Assembly: GCA_013297575.1 (NCBI GenBank)
Contig: JAAFHO010000001.1
Location: 1-44,586 of the forward strand
Source: Chitinophagales bacterium
GTDB taxonomy: Bacteria > Bacteroidota > Bacteroidia > Chitinophagales > Saprospiraceae
Direction: 5' to 3'
DNA: 44,586 nt
Numbering within the stretch: the stretch's first letter is position 1; every line of letters begins with the position of its first letter. Below, piece by piece: positions 29,075 through 38,521 of this stretch. The notes below the pieces were generated by a model. The model ran no database searches, was not told the DNA's origin, and saw only the letters and a program-made list of their open reading frames with translations. A program made the translations under genes and the position numbers.

Positions 29075-30396
29075 TAACTCCGAAAATTTATAAATCGCAC
29101 CAATACAGAACGGCTTATGGACAATAAAGCGGCAATGGCCAAAAACACCACAGAATCCGTAGTTTGCATTGTTATTGGCACTTTATTGGCCAAAAGAGAG
29201 GCAAACCATACCAATGTTTGAACACTAAAAATAATAACGAGTGCGATTGTCCGATCGCTCCAAGACGCTACACGATCATTGAGTAAAAGTCCTACGCCTG
29301 CTCCTGCAACTTGAATACTTACCCACAACATACCCCAACTCAACGCAAAGCCAGTGAGTATAACAGGGACAGACCAAATGACAATTGAAGATTTCAAACT
29401 GAACTTTGGTCGCATAATTAAAGGTATCAAATAAATAGGTAGTAGCAAAGGGACAGCATTTCCCAAATAATGACAAACTGAAATCAATACCAATATCCCT
29501 ATAATAATAGCCAACAATTGTGCAAGATTTTTCCAACCAATCAATATTTCAGGTTGATACAATAAGAGCCACCCCAATAAACTCATAAATGCCACACAAC
29601 AAAACAACAAATAACCCAATATCTCCTTCCACTCATCACCATTTTGGTAACTACGAGACAAAGAATCCAATTGAAGTATGACTGATTCATCTACTTTTTC
29701 ACCCTTTTTGATAATAATTGTACCTTTTTTGGTCAAACCAACTGAAGATCTGCTTCCACTACCCAACAAGGAGGTTAGGGAGTCGGAAAAGAATACATTC
29801 GGAGAGAGGGATTTTTCGATCATTGGTAATAGGAGTTCTGGTTGGCGGAGTGTACTAAATGGAAGCGAATCCGTTGCCATATCGACGGCATCACTCATGC
29901 TCAATATACTACCAACTGGAATTTGTGTATTCGTATGGCCCACAAAAGCAATTGCATCGCTATTTTTCGGTTTTACCTCAATTATTCCCTTACGATAAAT
30001 GGCATCTAACATACTCATGCCCAATGCTCTATATGCCCCCACATTAGCAATCATATCTTCATACTCGGTATCCTGTTTACTTAATTTAATTTGATTTTGG
30101 ATCAAATTACTCAGCATTGTTTTTTTCTCTCTCACAATATTTTGATCCATTACGTAATAAGGTGTAGTGGTATTAATATCGTTAGAAGAAGGATCATCAG
30201 AGATCACAAAATCAAACGGTGCTGTTAAATCTTCGTAATTCCAAGTTCGGCCAACCGAATATCGGTACTCAAAAGCAGTAGCCCGAGGTAGAATAAAAGC
30301 GGCAAGCAAAGACGCGAGCAAGCCCATTGTCCAAACAAAAGAGTTCCCTTTCATTAAAAAAGGAACAGGAAAAATATCTTGCTTCTCTGGCAGCAT
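29074..30396 (-). CDS. PgpH-like 7TM receptor module (7TMR-HDED extracellular domain + 7 TM) lacking the HD phosphohydrolase domain
   Basis: 440 aa. The N-terminal anchor is followed by the motif FEYRYSVGRTWNYEDLTAPFDFVI, typical of 7TM-HD proteins. An extracellular region and seven hydrophobic helices follow. The ORF stops right after TM7. Confidence 0.6.
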   Translation of the reverse strand: MLPEKQDIFPVPFLMKGNSFVWTMGLLASLLAAFILPRATAFEYRYSVGRTWNYEDLTAPFDFVISDDPSSNDINTTTPYYVMDQNIVREKKTMLSNLIQNQIKLSKQDTEYEDMIANVGAYRALGMSMLDAIYRKGIIEVKPKNSDAIAFVGHTNTQIPVGSILSMSDAVDMATDSLPFSTLRQPELLLPMIEKSLSPNVFFSDSLTSLLGSGSRSSVGLTKKGTIIIKKGEKVDESVILQLDSLSRSYQNGDEWKEILGYLLFCCVAFMSLLGWLLLYQPEILIGWKNLAQLLAIIIGILVLISVCHYLGNAVPLLLPIYLIPLIMRPKFSLKSSIVIWSVPVILTGFALSWGMLWVSIQVAGAGVGLLLNDRVASWSDRTIALVIIFSVQTLVWFASLLANKVPITMQTTDSVVFLAIAALLSISRSVLVRFINFRS

Positions 30397-30951
30397 TTAT
30401 ACAGGTCTTTTAGTCCAAATTACCTCATTTGCGCCCAAATCTTTCCCTAAGAAACGAGATAACACAAAGAAATAATCAGAAAGTCGATTGAGATATTGTA
30501 AAGCAATTGGATCTACTGGGCTTTCATGGCGCAAAGCAACCACGGAACGTTCAGATCTTCGAGCCACTGTCCGGCAAACATGGCAAATAGAAACAGTTGG
30601 ATGCCCACCTGGCAATATAAAATTGCGCAATTCAGGGAGCACCTCATCCATTTCATCCATTGCTTGTTCTAACAAAACAAGATCATTTTCGCGCAAGTCG
30701 TGCTCCATTTTACAATCGCCATCTGGATCAGCCGCGAGGTGTGCCCCCAAACTAAAAAGTCGGCGTTGTACCTCAACAAGTAATCGGTGCGTTATGGGTT
30801 GGTGTTCTAACGCATCTATTAATAATCCAACAAAAGCGTTGAGTTCATCCACGGTGCCATAAGCGTCCACGCGCGCATCATCTTTGGAGACCCTTTTGCC
30901 TCCAAAGAGACTAGTTTCTCCTAAATCTCCTGTTTTGGTATAGATTTTCAT
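30397..30951 (-). CDS. PduO-type ATP:cob(I)alamin adenosyltransferase
   Basis: 184 aa with the MKIYTKTGD.G.TSL..G.RV.KD..RV.AYG.VDELN pattern and downstream PduO/MMAB-type helices. Confidence 0.88.
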   Translation of the reverse strand: MKIYTKTGDLGETSLFGGKRVSKDDARVDAYGTVDELNAFVGLLIDALEHQPITHRLLVEVQRRLFSLGAHLAADPDGDCKMEHDLRENDLVLLEQAMDEMDEVLPELRNFILPGGHPTVSICHVCRTVARRSERSVVALRHESPVDPIALQYLNRLSDYFFVLSRFLGKDLGANEVIWTKRPV

Positions 30952-31505
30952 TATTTTTTTTGTGGTATAGATTCGGGCTTGATCCCTTTTATCTTAGCCA
31001 ACGAATCAATTTTGAGGACATTACTCCGTACTCCAATGCTATCCTTTACTATAGGTTGAACAGGAGCAGACAAAGCAGAATAAGTTGCATTTGCCCAATT
31101 GATTAATGGTTGCTTTAATTCTTCCTTTTTAGTTCGGGTTTGAGCAAGCACGAGACGCTCCAAAATTAATTTTTTCATACCCGGTTTAAAATTATTGCAA
31201 GCTTGTCCTACCTTATCATCTTTAGCAAATGGGATCAATTCTAAGCAAGTTTGGCCATGTTCAAAACCTTCAATGCCATCAGCGAAACGGTGGAATTCAA
31301 AAAAAGTCCTGATCGCATCGACATCACCCGTTTTTGCTTTTTCTAAAAGCGGCAGATAATCTACCCCCATAACTTTTGCGGTTTTCAAAACATCATCAGA
31401 AACCGAGATTTCGGGTTCTACTTTACAACCCATTGGGATCAACAGACAAAGGCCAAACATGGCCAAAAAAGAAATAAAAGATTTATGCATAATGTTATTC
31501 TTCAT
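30951..31505 (-). CDS. hypothetical lipoprotein
   Basis: Signal peptide with a lipobox-like LLIPMGC. Start at ATG 31505 (alternative 31490). The stop overlaps the PduO start (TAATG). Confidence 0.6.
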   Translation of the reverse strand: MKNNIMHKSFISFLAMFGLCLLIPMGCKVEPEISVSDDVLKTAKVMGVDYLPLLEKAKTGDVDAIRTFFEFHRFADGIEGFEHGQTCLELIPFAKDDKVGQACNNFKPGMKKLILERLVLAQTRTKKEELKQPLINWANATYSALSAPVQPIVKDSIGVRSNVLKIDSLAKIKGIKPESIPQKK

Positions 31506-31600
31506 AAAATGAGTGCAAAGGTGGCACATTTTTGTTATTCTGTCTCCAATTTATCCTATTTTAAATGAAAAATAAACGCATTGATTTGGCGAATGCATCG

Positions 31601-31608
31601 TACATTTG
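31601..31608 (+). promoter_or_regulatory. -7 promoter box (TAcaTTTG)
   Basis: Exact TAnnTTTG match, 44 nt upstream of the yebC-family gene. Confidence 0.4.
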
Positions 31609-31652
31609 CGCCGCCAAAATTAAAATTATAATTAAAATAGAAATAAAAAAAC

Positions 31653-32369
31653 ATGGGACGCGCGTTTGAATTTAGAAAAGAGCGTAAAATGAAACGCTGG
31701 GCTGGTATGGCCAAAACCTTTACCCGTATCGGTCGCGAAATCGCTTTGGCGGTAAAATCTGGAGGAGAAAACCCTGATTACAACCCACGGCTCCGCATAG
31801 CAGTAAACAATGCGAAGGCGGCAAATATGCCAAAAACCAACGTAGAAAACGCGATTAAAAAAGCATCCAGTAAAGATGCCGAAAACTTCCAAGAAGTAAT
31901 TTACGAGGGTTATGCCGCCCATGGCATAGCGGTCTTAGTAGAAACTGCTACCGATAACCCAACCCGTACAGTTGCCAATGTACGCATGTATTTTGATCGT
32001 TGTAAGGGCGCATTGGGTACTTCTGATAGCGTTAAATTTATGTTTAACCGTAAAAGTATTTTCAAAGTAAAAGCAGCAGGCCATAACTGGGAAGAACTCG
32101 AACTTGAATTGATCGATGCTGGGCTGGAGGAAATGAAACCAGAGGAAGATGAAGTAGTGCTTTATGCTGATTTCAAAGATTTTGGTACAATGCAAAAAGC
32201 ATTAGAAGACCTAAAAATTGAACCAACCAGCGCACAGGTGGAGTGGTTACCTACTACAATAAAAAAACTCAATGATGATGAAGTAGATCAGGTCATCAAA
32301 TTAATTGACCGCTTGGAAGAAGATGACGATGTGCTCAACGTCTTCCATACCATGGACATGTCTGAATAA
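31653..32369 (+). CDS. YebC/PmpR-family transcriptional regulator
   Basis: 238 aa with the MGRAFEFRKERKMKRW... and YEGY...G.A..VE..TDN..RT motifs. Confidence 0.9.
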   Translation: MGRAFEFRKERKMKRWAGMAKTFTRIGREIALAVKSGGENPDYNPRLRIAVNNAKAANMPKTNVENAIKKASSKDAENFQEVIYEGYAAHGIAVLVETATDNPTRTVANVRMYFDRCKGALGTSDSVKFMFNRKSIFKVKAAGHNWEELELELIDAGLEEMKPEEDEVVLYADFKDFGTMQKALEDLKIEPTSAQVEWLPTTIKKLNDDEVDQVIKLIDRLEEDDDVLNVFHTMDMSE

Positions 32370-32373
32370 TCTG

Positions 32374-32976
32374 ATGACGATAGAATCAGCAGATTTCATA
32401 GCCAGTTACCCACGGCAAAGCCAATGCCCGAAAAATGGCAAACCCGAATTTGCCTTCATTGGTCGCTCCAATGTAGGCAAATCTTCGTTAATAAACATGC
32501 TTACCAACCGAAAGGGCTTGGCTAAAGTATCTCAAACACCGGGTAAAACACAGTTGTTGAATTTTTTCCTCATCAACAACCGTTGGCACTTAGTTGATTT
32601 GCCGGGTTATGGTTATGCCAAACTCTCCAAATCGAAACAGAAAGAACTTTCCAAGATGATTAATGGGTATATGCAAAATCGCGAAGAACTCGTGCTTGCA
32701 TTCGTACTCATTGACGTTAATATTACCCCCCCTTCAAAAAACGATCTTGATTTTATCAATGGTTTGGGTGAACTTGGCGTACCTTTCGCTTTAGTTTTTA
32801 CCAAGTGCGATAGAATAGGTGCTACCACGGTTCAGCATAATGTAGATGCCTTTATGGCTGCATTGTCCGAAACATGGGAAACTTTACCCAAGCACTTTCT
32901 TTCCTCTTCTGAAAAAGCAAGGGGCAGAGACGAAATATTGGAATATATCGCTTTTTTGGTAAAAAAACATAAGTAA
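32374..32976 (+). CDS. engB: ribosome biogenesis GTP-binding protein YihA/EngB
   Basis: G1 motif GRSNVGKSSLIN, G3 motif DLPGYG and G4 motif TKCD. The start at MTIESADFIAS (32374) avoids overlap with the yebC-family gene. Confidence 0.88.
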   Translation: MTIESADFIASYPRQSQCPKNGKPEFAFIGRSNVGKSSLINMLTNRKGLAKVSQTPGKTQLLNFFLINNRWHLVDLPGYGYAKLSKSKQKELSKMINGYMQNREELVLAFVLIDVNITPPSKNDLDFINGLGELGVPFALVFTKCDRIGATTVQHNVDAFMAALSETWETLPKHFLSSSEKARGRDEILEYIAFLVKKHK

Positions 32977-32998
32977 TTATTTCAAACACCTGCGAGAA

Positions 32999-34711
32999 TT
33001 GAGTTACAAAGGCACCACATACCCACGCGTTATCCCCGATTCCTCCGACTGGCCAATATATAGGCTAAGCCAAGACAGGTCTAATTTCATTAAAGAAATT
33101 GATGACTTCACATCCGAACGCATCAAATCTAAAAATCGCAAAGATTTATCGGATATTCTAGTTAAAACACTGTATCAGGAGCGTATTAGGATCAAAGAAT
33201 CACCGTGGAAGGTAGATCCGCCTAATGAGCGTGTTTTTTGGAATAAGATCAGTAAACAATTGATCAAAAAGTCGTTGGATCGTCAAGATGAAACAGCCAA
33301 ACAGACCAATGAGCGGGTATTGGAGAAAATAGTTCACCGCTATTCCGAAGAGATTGTAGGTACATTTCAGTTATCTACCCACCGTTTTGCTGTACGTTTT
33401 CTGACATTTTTATTCAATCGGTTGTTTAATGCTGCCGTTGAAAAAAGTATTAGTTCATTGTGGCGTGGGCGGCGGCAATTATACGAGCAACTCAATATTG
33501 TAGGTGAAGTAGAAAGTGTACGCGAGTTGTTCAAACATGGTACAGTCGTTGTGGTGCCAACGCATTTTAGTAATTTGGACTCCATTTTGGTGGGTTATGC
33601 TATGGATCAGATTATGGGCTTGCCCTCCTTTAGTTATGGTGCAGGGTTGAACCTTTATAATTCCGGCCCTGCTGCCTATTTTATGAACCGATTGGGGGCA
33701 TATCGGGTGGATAGGCGGAAGAAAAACGCTATTTACTTGGAAACGCTCAAAGCCATGTCCAATTTGAGTATCCAGCGTGGTGTCAATAGTCTTTTTTTCC
33801 CAGGTGGTACACGCTCCCGCTCAGGCGCCTTAGAAACAGATGTTAAAATGGGGCTTTTGGGTACGGCTGTAGAAGCACAACGCGCTATGTGTCAAAGCGG
33901 ATCGGGCAAAAAAGTGTTTATTGTGCCAATGGTTATTGGGTATAATTTTGTATTAGAAGCACCTTATTTGATCGAACAACACCTTCAGAGCACAGGAAAA
34001 GAGCAATATATCCGGCTTCGCGACGCAAGTGGCAGTATTCGCGCTTGGTTTCGTTATATTTGGCAGTTTTTTTCAACAACTAATGATATCACCCTATCCA
34101 TCGGCAAACCCTTAGATGTATTGGGTAATTTTGTGGATGATAAAGGTCGTTCTTTTGATCATTATGGCAATGAATTGGATATCAATGATTATTTTAAATC
34201 TGCTAAAGGCCATTTAAACGAAGACCGCCAACGCGAAGAAGAATATACCAAAATTATTGCAGAGCGCTTGGTGGAACGTTACTTTATTGAAAACGTCGTT
34301 TTATCCAGCCATTTGATTCCTTTTGCAGTGTTTGAAATATTAGCGCACCAACATCCAAAACTGGATTTGTACGGGCTTTTACGTCTTCCACCCGACGAAT
34401 ACATCTTTCCGATTCATTCTGTGGAAGAAGTAATTGAACAAATGCAGGATATTTTGTTTAGTATGGAACAGAAAGGTAAATTGCAATTAGCACCTGAAAT
34501 TCATTTGCCTGCTGTTGAATTGATTCGGGATGGTGTTAGTAAACTTGGCATTTTCCACCGCGAAAAGCCACTTAAATTTAATAAAGATGGCAATATCGTT
34601 TCCGACGATTTCAGGGTACTCTATTATTATCATAACCGTCTGGAAAATTACGGTTTGGCACAAAAAGTGAACTGGAAAACAGAGGAAATTGAAGTCCTTA
34701 AAGAAGAATAA
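32999..34711 (+). CDS. glycerolipid acyltransferase (PlsB/PlsC-like, HX4D family)
   Basis: 570 aa with the motifs PTHFSNLD (HX4D), GAYRVDR and FFPGGTRSRSG. TTG start. Confidence 0.75.
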   Translation: MSYKGTTYPRVIPDSSDWPIYRLSQDRSNFIKEIDDFTSERIKSKNRKDLSDILVKTLYQERIRIKESPWKVDPPNERVFWNKISKQLIKKSLDRQDETAKQTNERVLEKIVHRYSEEIVGTFQLSTHRFAVRFLTFLFNRLFNAAVEKSISSLWRGRRQLYEQLNIVGEVESVRELFKHGTVVVVPTHFSNLDSILVGYAMDQIMGLPSFSYGAGLNLYNSGPAAYFMNRLGAYRVDRRKKNAIYLETLKAMSNLSIQRGVNSLFFPGGTRSRSGALETDVKMGLLGTAVEAQRAMCQSGSGKKVFIVPMVIGYNFVLEAPYLIEQHLQSTGKEQYIRLRDASGSIRAWFRYIWQFFSTTNDITLSIGKPLDVLGNFVDDKGRSFDHYGNELDINDYFKSAKGHLNEDRQREEEYTKIIAERLVERYFIENVVLSSHLIPFAVFEILAHQHPKLDLYGLLRLPPDEYIFPIHSVEEVIEQMQDILFSMEQKGKLQLAPEIHLPAVELIRDGVSKLGIFHREKPLKFNKDGNIVSDDFRVLYYYHNRLENYGLAQKVNWKTEEIEVLKEE

Positions 34712-34713
34712 TT

Positions 34714-35499
34714 ATGATGGAATACCAAAACATTATCGTCACCGTCACCAATGGTATTGCCTTGCTGACCATGAACCGCGAAAAGGCACTCAATGCCTTA
34801 AACCGCCAAACTATTTCAGAACTGATCGCTTTTTTTGAAACAGACGCGTATAAAATAGAGGGATTAAAAGGTGTGATTCTTACCGGTGCAGGCGAAAAAG
34901 CCTTTGTCGCGGGTGCGGACATCACAGAATTTCAAGGGTTTAGCGCACAAGAAGGCAAGATGTTAGCACAGCGCGGGCATGATCTTTTTTTTACGATTGA
35001 ACGGTTTCCTAAGCCCGTAGTCGCAGCATTAAATGGCTTTACTCTGGGCGCAGGTTGCGAATTAGCGATGGCTTGTCATTTGCGTATTGCGGGAGAAAAA
35101 GCGAAATTTGGTCAACCAGAAGTAAATCTTGGATTGATTCCTGGCTATGGCGGCACACAACGATTAATCCAATGTATAGGCAAAACCAAAGCATTTGAAC
35201 TGTTGATGACCGCCGATATGATTGGGGCAGAAGAGGCGCTAAGGTTAGGTTTGGTGAATTATGTTGTTCCTGCGGGCAATGAAATAGAAAAAGCAACAGA
35301 ATTGATCGAAAAAATTGCTACTAAAGCACCTTATGCCATTGCAAAAATCATCCAATCGGTGGCGGCTTACTATGAAGATGGTGTAGATGGTTTTGCAAAA
35401 GAGGTCGAATTTTTTGGTGATTGCTGTGGCACAAGCGATTTCAGGGAAGGTGCTGCGGCTTTTGTAGAGAAACGCAAAGCAAATTTCACAGGTGCATAA
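34714..35499 (+). CDS. enoyl-CoA hydratase/isomerase (crotonase family)
   Basis: 261 aa with the crotonase motifs GAGEKAFVAGADI, NGFTLGAGCELAMACH and GQPEVNLGLIPGYGGTQRL. Confidence 0.88.
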   Translation: MMEYQNIIVTVTNGIALLTMNREKALNALNRQTISELIAFFETDAYKIEGLKGVILTGAGEKAFVAGADITEFQGFSAQEGKMLAQRGHDLFFTIERFPKPVVAALNGFTLGAGCELAMACHLRIAGEKAKFGQPEVNLGLIPGYGGTQRLIQCIGKTKAFELLMTADMIGAEEALRLGLVNYVVPAGNEIEKATELIEKIATKAPYAIAKIIQSVAAYYEDGVDGFAKEVEFFGDCCGTSDFREGAAAFVEKRKANFTGA

Positions 35500-35508
35500 G
35501 ATTCAATA

Positions 35509-36531
35509 ATGACAAATACAACCATAGAAACAGATATAATTATTATCGGTGCAGGGCCAGTTGGCTTGTTTGCCGTTTTTGAAGCAGGTTTACTCAAGTT
35601 AAGGTGTCATATTATTGATATTTTGCCACAACCTGGTGGTCAATTGACGGAGATTTATCCTAAAAAACCGATTTACGATATACCCGGTTATCCATCGGTA
35701 CTGGCATCGGAATTGGTGGATAACCTGATGCAACAAATTGCGCCCTTTAACCCTGGTTTTACCCTTGGCGATTCGGCGGAAATAGTGGAAAAACAAGCCG
35801 ATGGGCGTTGGTTGGTGACTACTGGCCGCGGTCAGCAGCATTTAGCACCTGTTATATTTATTGCAGGGGGATTGGGTTGTTTTGAGCCTCGCAAGCCCCC
35901 TATTGACAATATTGCTCAATTTGAGGACAACGGTGTGGACTATTTTGTACGCAACCCCGATCAGTATAAAGATAAGCGTATTGTGATTGCTGGCGGCGGC
36001 GACTCGGCATTAGACTGGACTATATTCCTAGCCGATGTGGCCAAAGAAGTGACCCTAATACACCGTAGAACGGAATTTCGTGGCGCACCAGATTCTGTGG
36101 AAAAAATGTATGAATTGAGCCATCAGGGCCGTATCAAATTGGTGACCAATGCACAGGTAACTGGCTTGAATGGTAATGGTCATTTGCAAAGTGTGGTGAT
36201 CGAACACGATACAGAGGGTACATCTGTGGTAGATGCGGATTATTTTGTACCATTGTTTGGTCTTACTCCGAAACTAGGCCCTATTGCCAACTGGAATTTG
36301 AATTTGGATAAAGGTGCTATTGAGGTAAACACCTTTGATTACGCCACAAATGTGGAAGGCATATTCGCTATCGGGGACATCAATACCTATCCCGGCAAAC
36401 TAAAACTGATCCTTTGTGGATTCCACGAGGCTACTTTGGCTTGCCAATCGGCGTATAAAATTGTTTTTCCTGGGAAGAAACTGTCGTTTAAATATACTAC
36501 TGTGACGGGTATTGAAGGATTGGGTGCATAA
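35509..36531 (+). CDS. ferredoxin-NADP+ reductase, thioredoxin-reductase-like type
   Basis: 340 aa with the motifs IIIGAGPVGLFA (FAD), GGGDSALDW (NADPH) and GDI..YPGKLKLI..GF.EA, typical of YumC-type FNR. Confidence 0.85.
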   Translation: MTNTTIETDIIIIGAGPVGLFAVFEAGLLKLRCHIIDILPQPGGQLTEIYPKKPIYDIPGYPSVLASELVDNLMQQIAPFNPGFTLGDSAEIVEKQADGRWLVTTGRGQQHLAPVIFIAGGLGCFEPRKPPIDNIAQFEDNGVDYFVRNPDQYKDKRIVIAGGGDSALDWTIFLADVAKEVTLIHRRTEFRGAPDSVEKMYELSHQGRIKLVTNAQVTGLNGNGHLQSVVIEHDTEGTSVVDADYFVPLFGLTPKLGPIANWNLNLDKGAIEVNTFDYATNVEGIFAIGDINTYPGKLKLILCGFHEATLACQSAYKIVFPGKKLSFKYTTVTGIEGLGA

Positions 36532-36582
36532 ATATTGGATACTCTGCCGTAACATTGCTGCGAAATAATACATCTGCAAAAA

Positions 36583-38001
36583 ATGAAGATACAAATTAGT
36601 AATTTTGGGCCAATTGATTTTTTGGAATTTGACATAGATAAAGGATTACACCTTATTTATGGAAAAAACGCTGTGGGAAAATCTTATGCAGCCAACTGTA
36701 TCTATTGTTTGTTGAAAAACCTGAGTCCAATAGTAACCAATAATATCCAACATGGTGATTTTTCAATAGAACTTCAAAAATTAACTCATACTGCTATTGC
36801 TGATCTGTCTAATGGGGAAACAGTAGATTTAAGTGTCCAATATACTAGTTTTATCAATGAAAAATTAAAATTACATATTGCGCAAGGTTTTGAAATATCG
36901 TTAAATAATACGTTCCCATCACTGACTAATTTAAGTAATAAATACTCAAATAATCCATTCAAAATTGAAGTATTTTCGACTTCCAGTGAAAGTATTAGTT
37001 TTGAACCTAAAGGAAACGACCTGCTTGCTTCCTATCATAATCGTAACCAAGAATTAATAATCGCAAAAAAAGGAAGTGATGGAACGTACGAACTTAGGAG
37101 TATGGAAACGATCATTGGGACTACAATATCAACCCCCAAACTTGTCTTAGACCTAGTCATAGAGCATGCTTTGCTTAAAGTTCAAAGTATGGCATTCAAA
37201 CTATCTGCAAGCATTAAAGATATTTATTTCATTCCCGCAGGCAGATCGGGGCTTCATCAAACAATAAATGCTTGGGGACCAATCATCGCAGAGATTTCTC
37301 AATATCGGTTTCAATTAAAAAATAAAAAACTAGAAATACCCGCACTTACAGAACCCATTTCTGATTATTTCCTCGATTTATCTACAATTAATGCTGCCGT
37401 ATCAAACTCTAATTTTGATACAATTATACAGAAAATTGAAGAAAATGTATTAAAAGGTACTGTGTTTTATGATGAGCACTCGCAACAGATTTACTTCCGA
37501 CCCAAAGGGTTAGATTTGAATCTGAGTCTTTCGGAAACATCCTCCATGGCCGCGGAAATTGCTCCAATTGTTATCTTTTTAAAACACATACTAAATAATA
37601 GGCACTCAAATAATAATACCGCTCATCAAGTCCAAGAGTACGCTCCTAATTATGGTGTAACCCAATCAAAACAAGATATAATTTTCATCGAAGAGCCCGA
37701 AGCACACTTACATCCTGAAACACAGGTTGCCTTACTAGAAATACTTGCGGAACTATCTACAATGGACATAAAGATATTTATGACATCACATAGTAATTAC
37801 ATGTTCAACAAAATGAATAATATGCTTTTGGATGGCCGGCTTAATAAAGATAATGTGGCCGTTTGTCACCTAATCGATGGGGCGGGGGGAAGTATCAAGA
37901 ACGCAGATATGACCGTGACAGCAGATGGTGTTAATGATGATAATTTCCAAAATATTTCCAAAATGTTGTACAACGAACGTATGAATATATACGAAAAGTA
38001 A
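36583..38001 (+). CDS. ABC-type (AAA_15/AAA_21-like) ATPase; candidate sensor/motor of a defence module
   Basis: 472 aa. Walker A is GKNAVGKS (res 27-34). There is a roughly 330-aa insert containing FIPAGRSG. The signature-like segment is LSLSETSSMAAE. Walker B plus D-loop reads DIIFIEEPEAHLHP (365-378). The H-loop is TSHS (401-404). No Toprim or nuclease domain is visible. Confidence 0.8.
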   Translation: MKIQISNFGPIDFLEFDIDKGLHLIYGKNAVGKSYAANCIYCLLKNLSPIVTNNIQHGDFSIELQKLTHTAIADLSNGETVDLSVQYTSFINEKLKLHIAQGFEISLNNTFPSLTNLSNKYSNNPFKIEVFSTSSESISFEPKGNDLLASYHNRNQELIIAKKGSDGTYELRSMETIIGTTISTPKLVLDLVIEHALLKVQSMAFKLSASIKDIYFIPAGRSGLHQTINAWGPIIAEISQYRFQLKNKKLEIPALTEPISDYFLDLSTINAAVSNSNFDTIIQKIEENVLKGTVFYDEHSQQIYFRPKGLDLNLSLSETSSMAAEIAPIVIFLKHILNNRHSNNNTAHQVQEYAPNYGVTQSKQDIIFIEEPEAHLHPETQVALLEILAELSTMDIKIFMTSHSNYMFNKMNNMLLDGRLNKDNVAVCHLIDGAGGSIKNADMTVTADGVNDDNFQNISKMLYNERMNIYEK

Positions 38002-38008
38002 AACGGAT

Positions 38009-38521
38009 ATGTTAGACAAGATCTATAAAACAGAAGCCCTTTTACCTTTTCTGAAAGAAGAATGCTGCGAAAATGAAGTTTGTATTTCATTCGATGCTGG
38101 GATTAATAAAGAGGATTATGTCGTTATTAAAGTAGATGACTATTATAATACCTTAAAACTGGATAAAACTCCACCATCCCCAGATTGCTTAATTATTCGT
38201 AAATGTGAATATTCTGGCTACGGATTAACGATTGTAGAACTTAAGAATATTAAATCAGCAGATGGTTTCAAAATAGATAACATGATCGGTAAATTCAATA
38301 CTTGCATCAATGATTTTATTATGGTGCGCTTCAAGGATTTGCTGTTTAGAGATTATGTGGACATTAAACTATATTTTGTTTCCAAAATCAATAGCTATGA
38401 TAATGATAGAGACCTAGGGCTGAAGTTGGAAACCCTCATAGAGACAAAATTTCACTATAATGGCAAAAAACACATGATACGTGCTACTTTGCCAAATCCA
38501 ACCATAAAAAAATGCTATTAA
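38009..38521 (+). CDS. short PD-(D/E)xK-type nuclease-fold protein; candidate effector
   Basis: 170 aa. The motif SPD59-CLIIRK ... LTIVE77-L-K79-N has 17-residue spacing, with a hydrophobic strand after the D and before the ExK. It starts 7 nt after the ATPase stop. Confidence 0.65.
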   Translation: MLDKIYKTEALLPFLKEECCENEVCISFDAGINKEDYVVIKVDDYYNTLKLDKTPPSPDCLIIRKCEYSGYGLTIVELKNIKSADGFKIDNMIGKFNTCINDFIMVRFKDLLFRDYVDIKLYFVSKINSYDNDRDLGLKLETLIETKFHYNGKKHMIRATLPNPTIKKCY

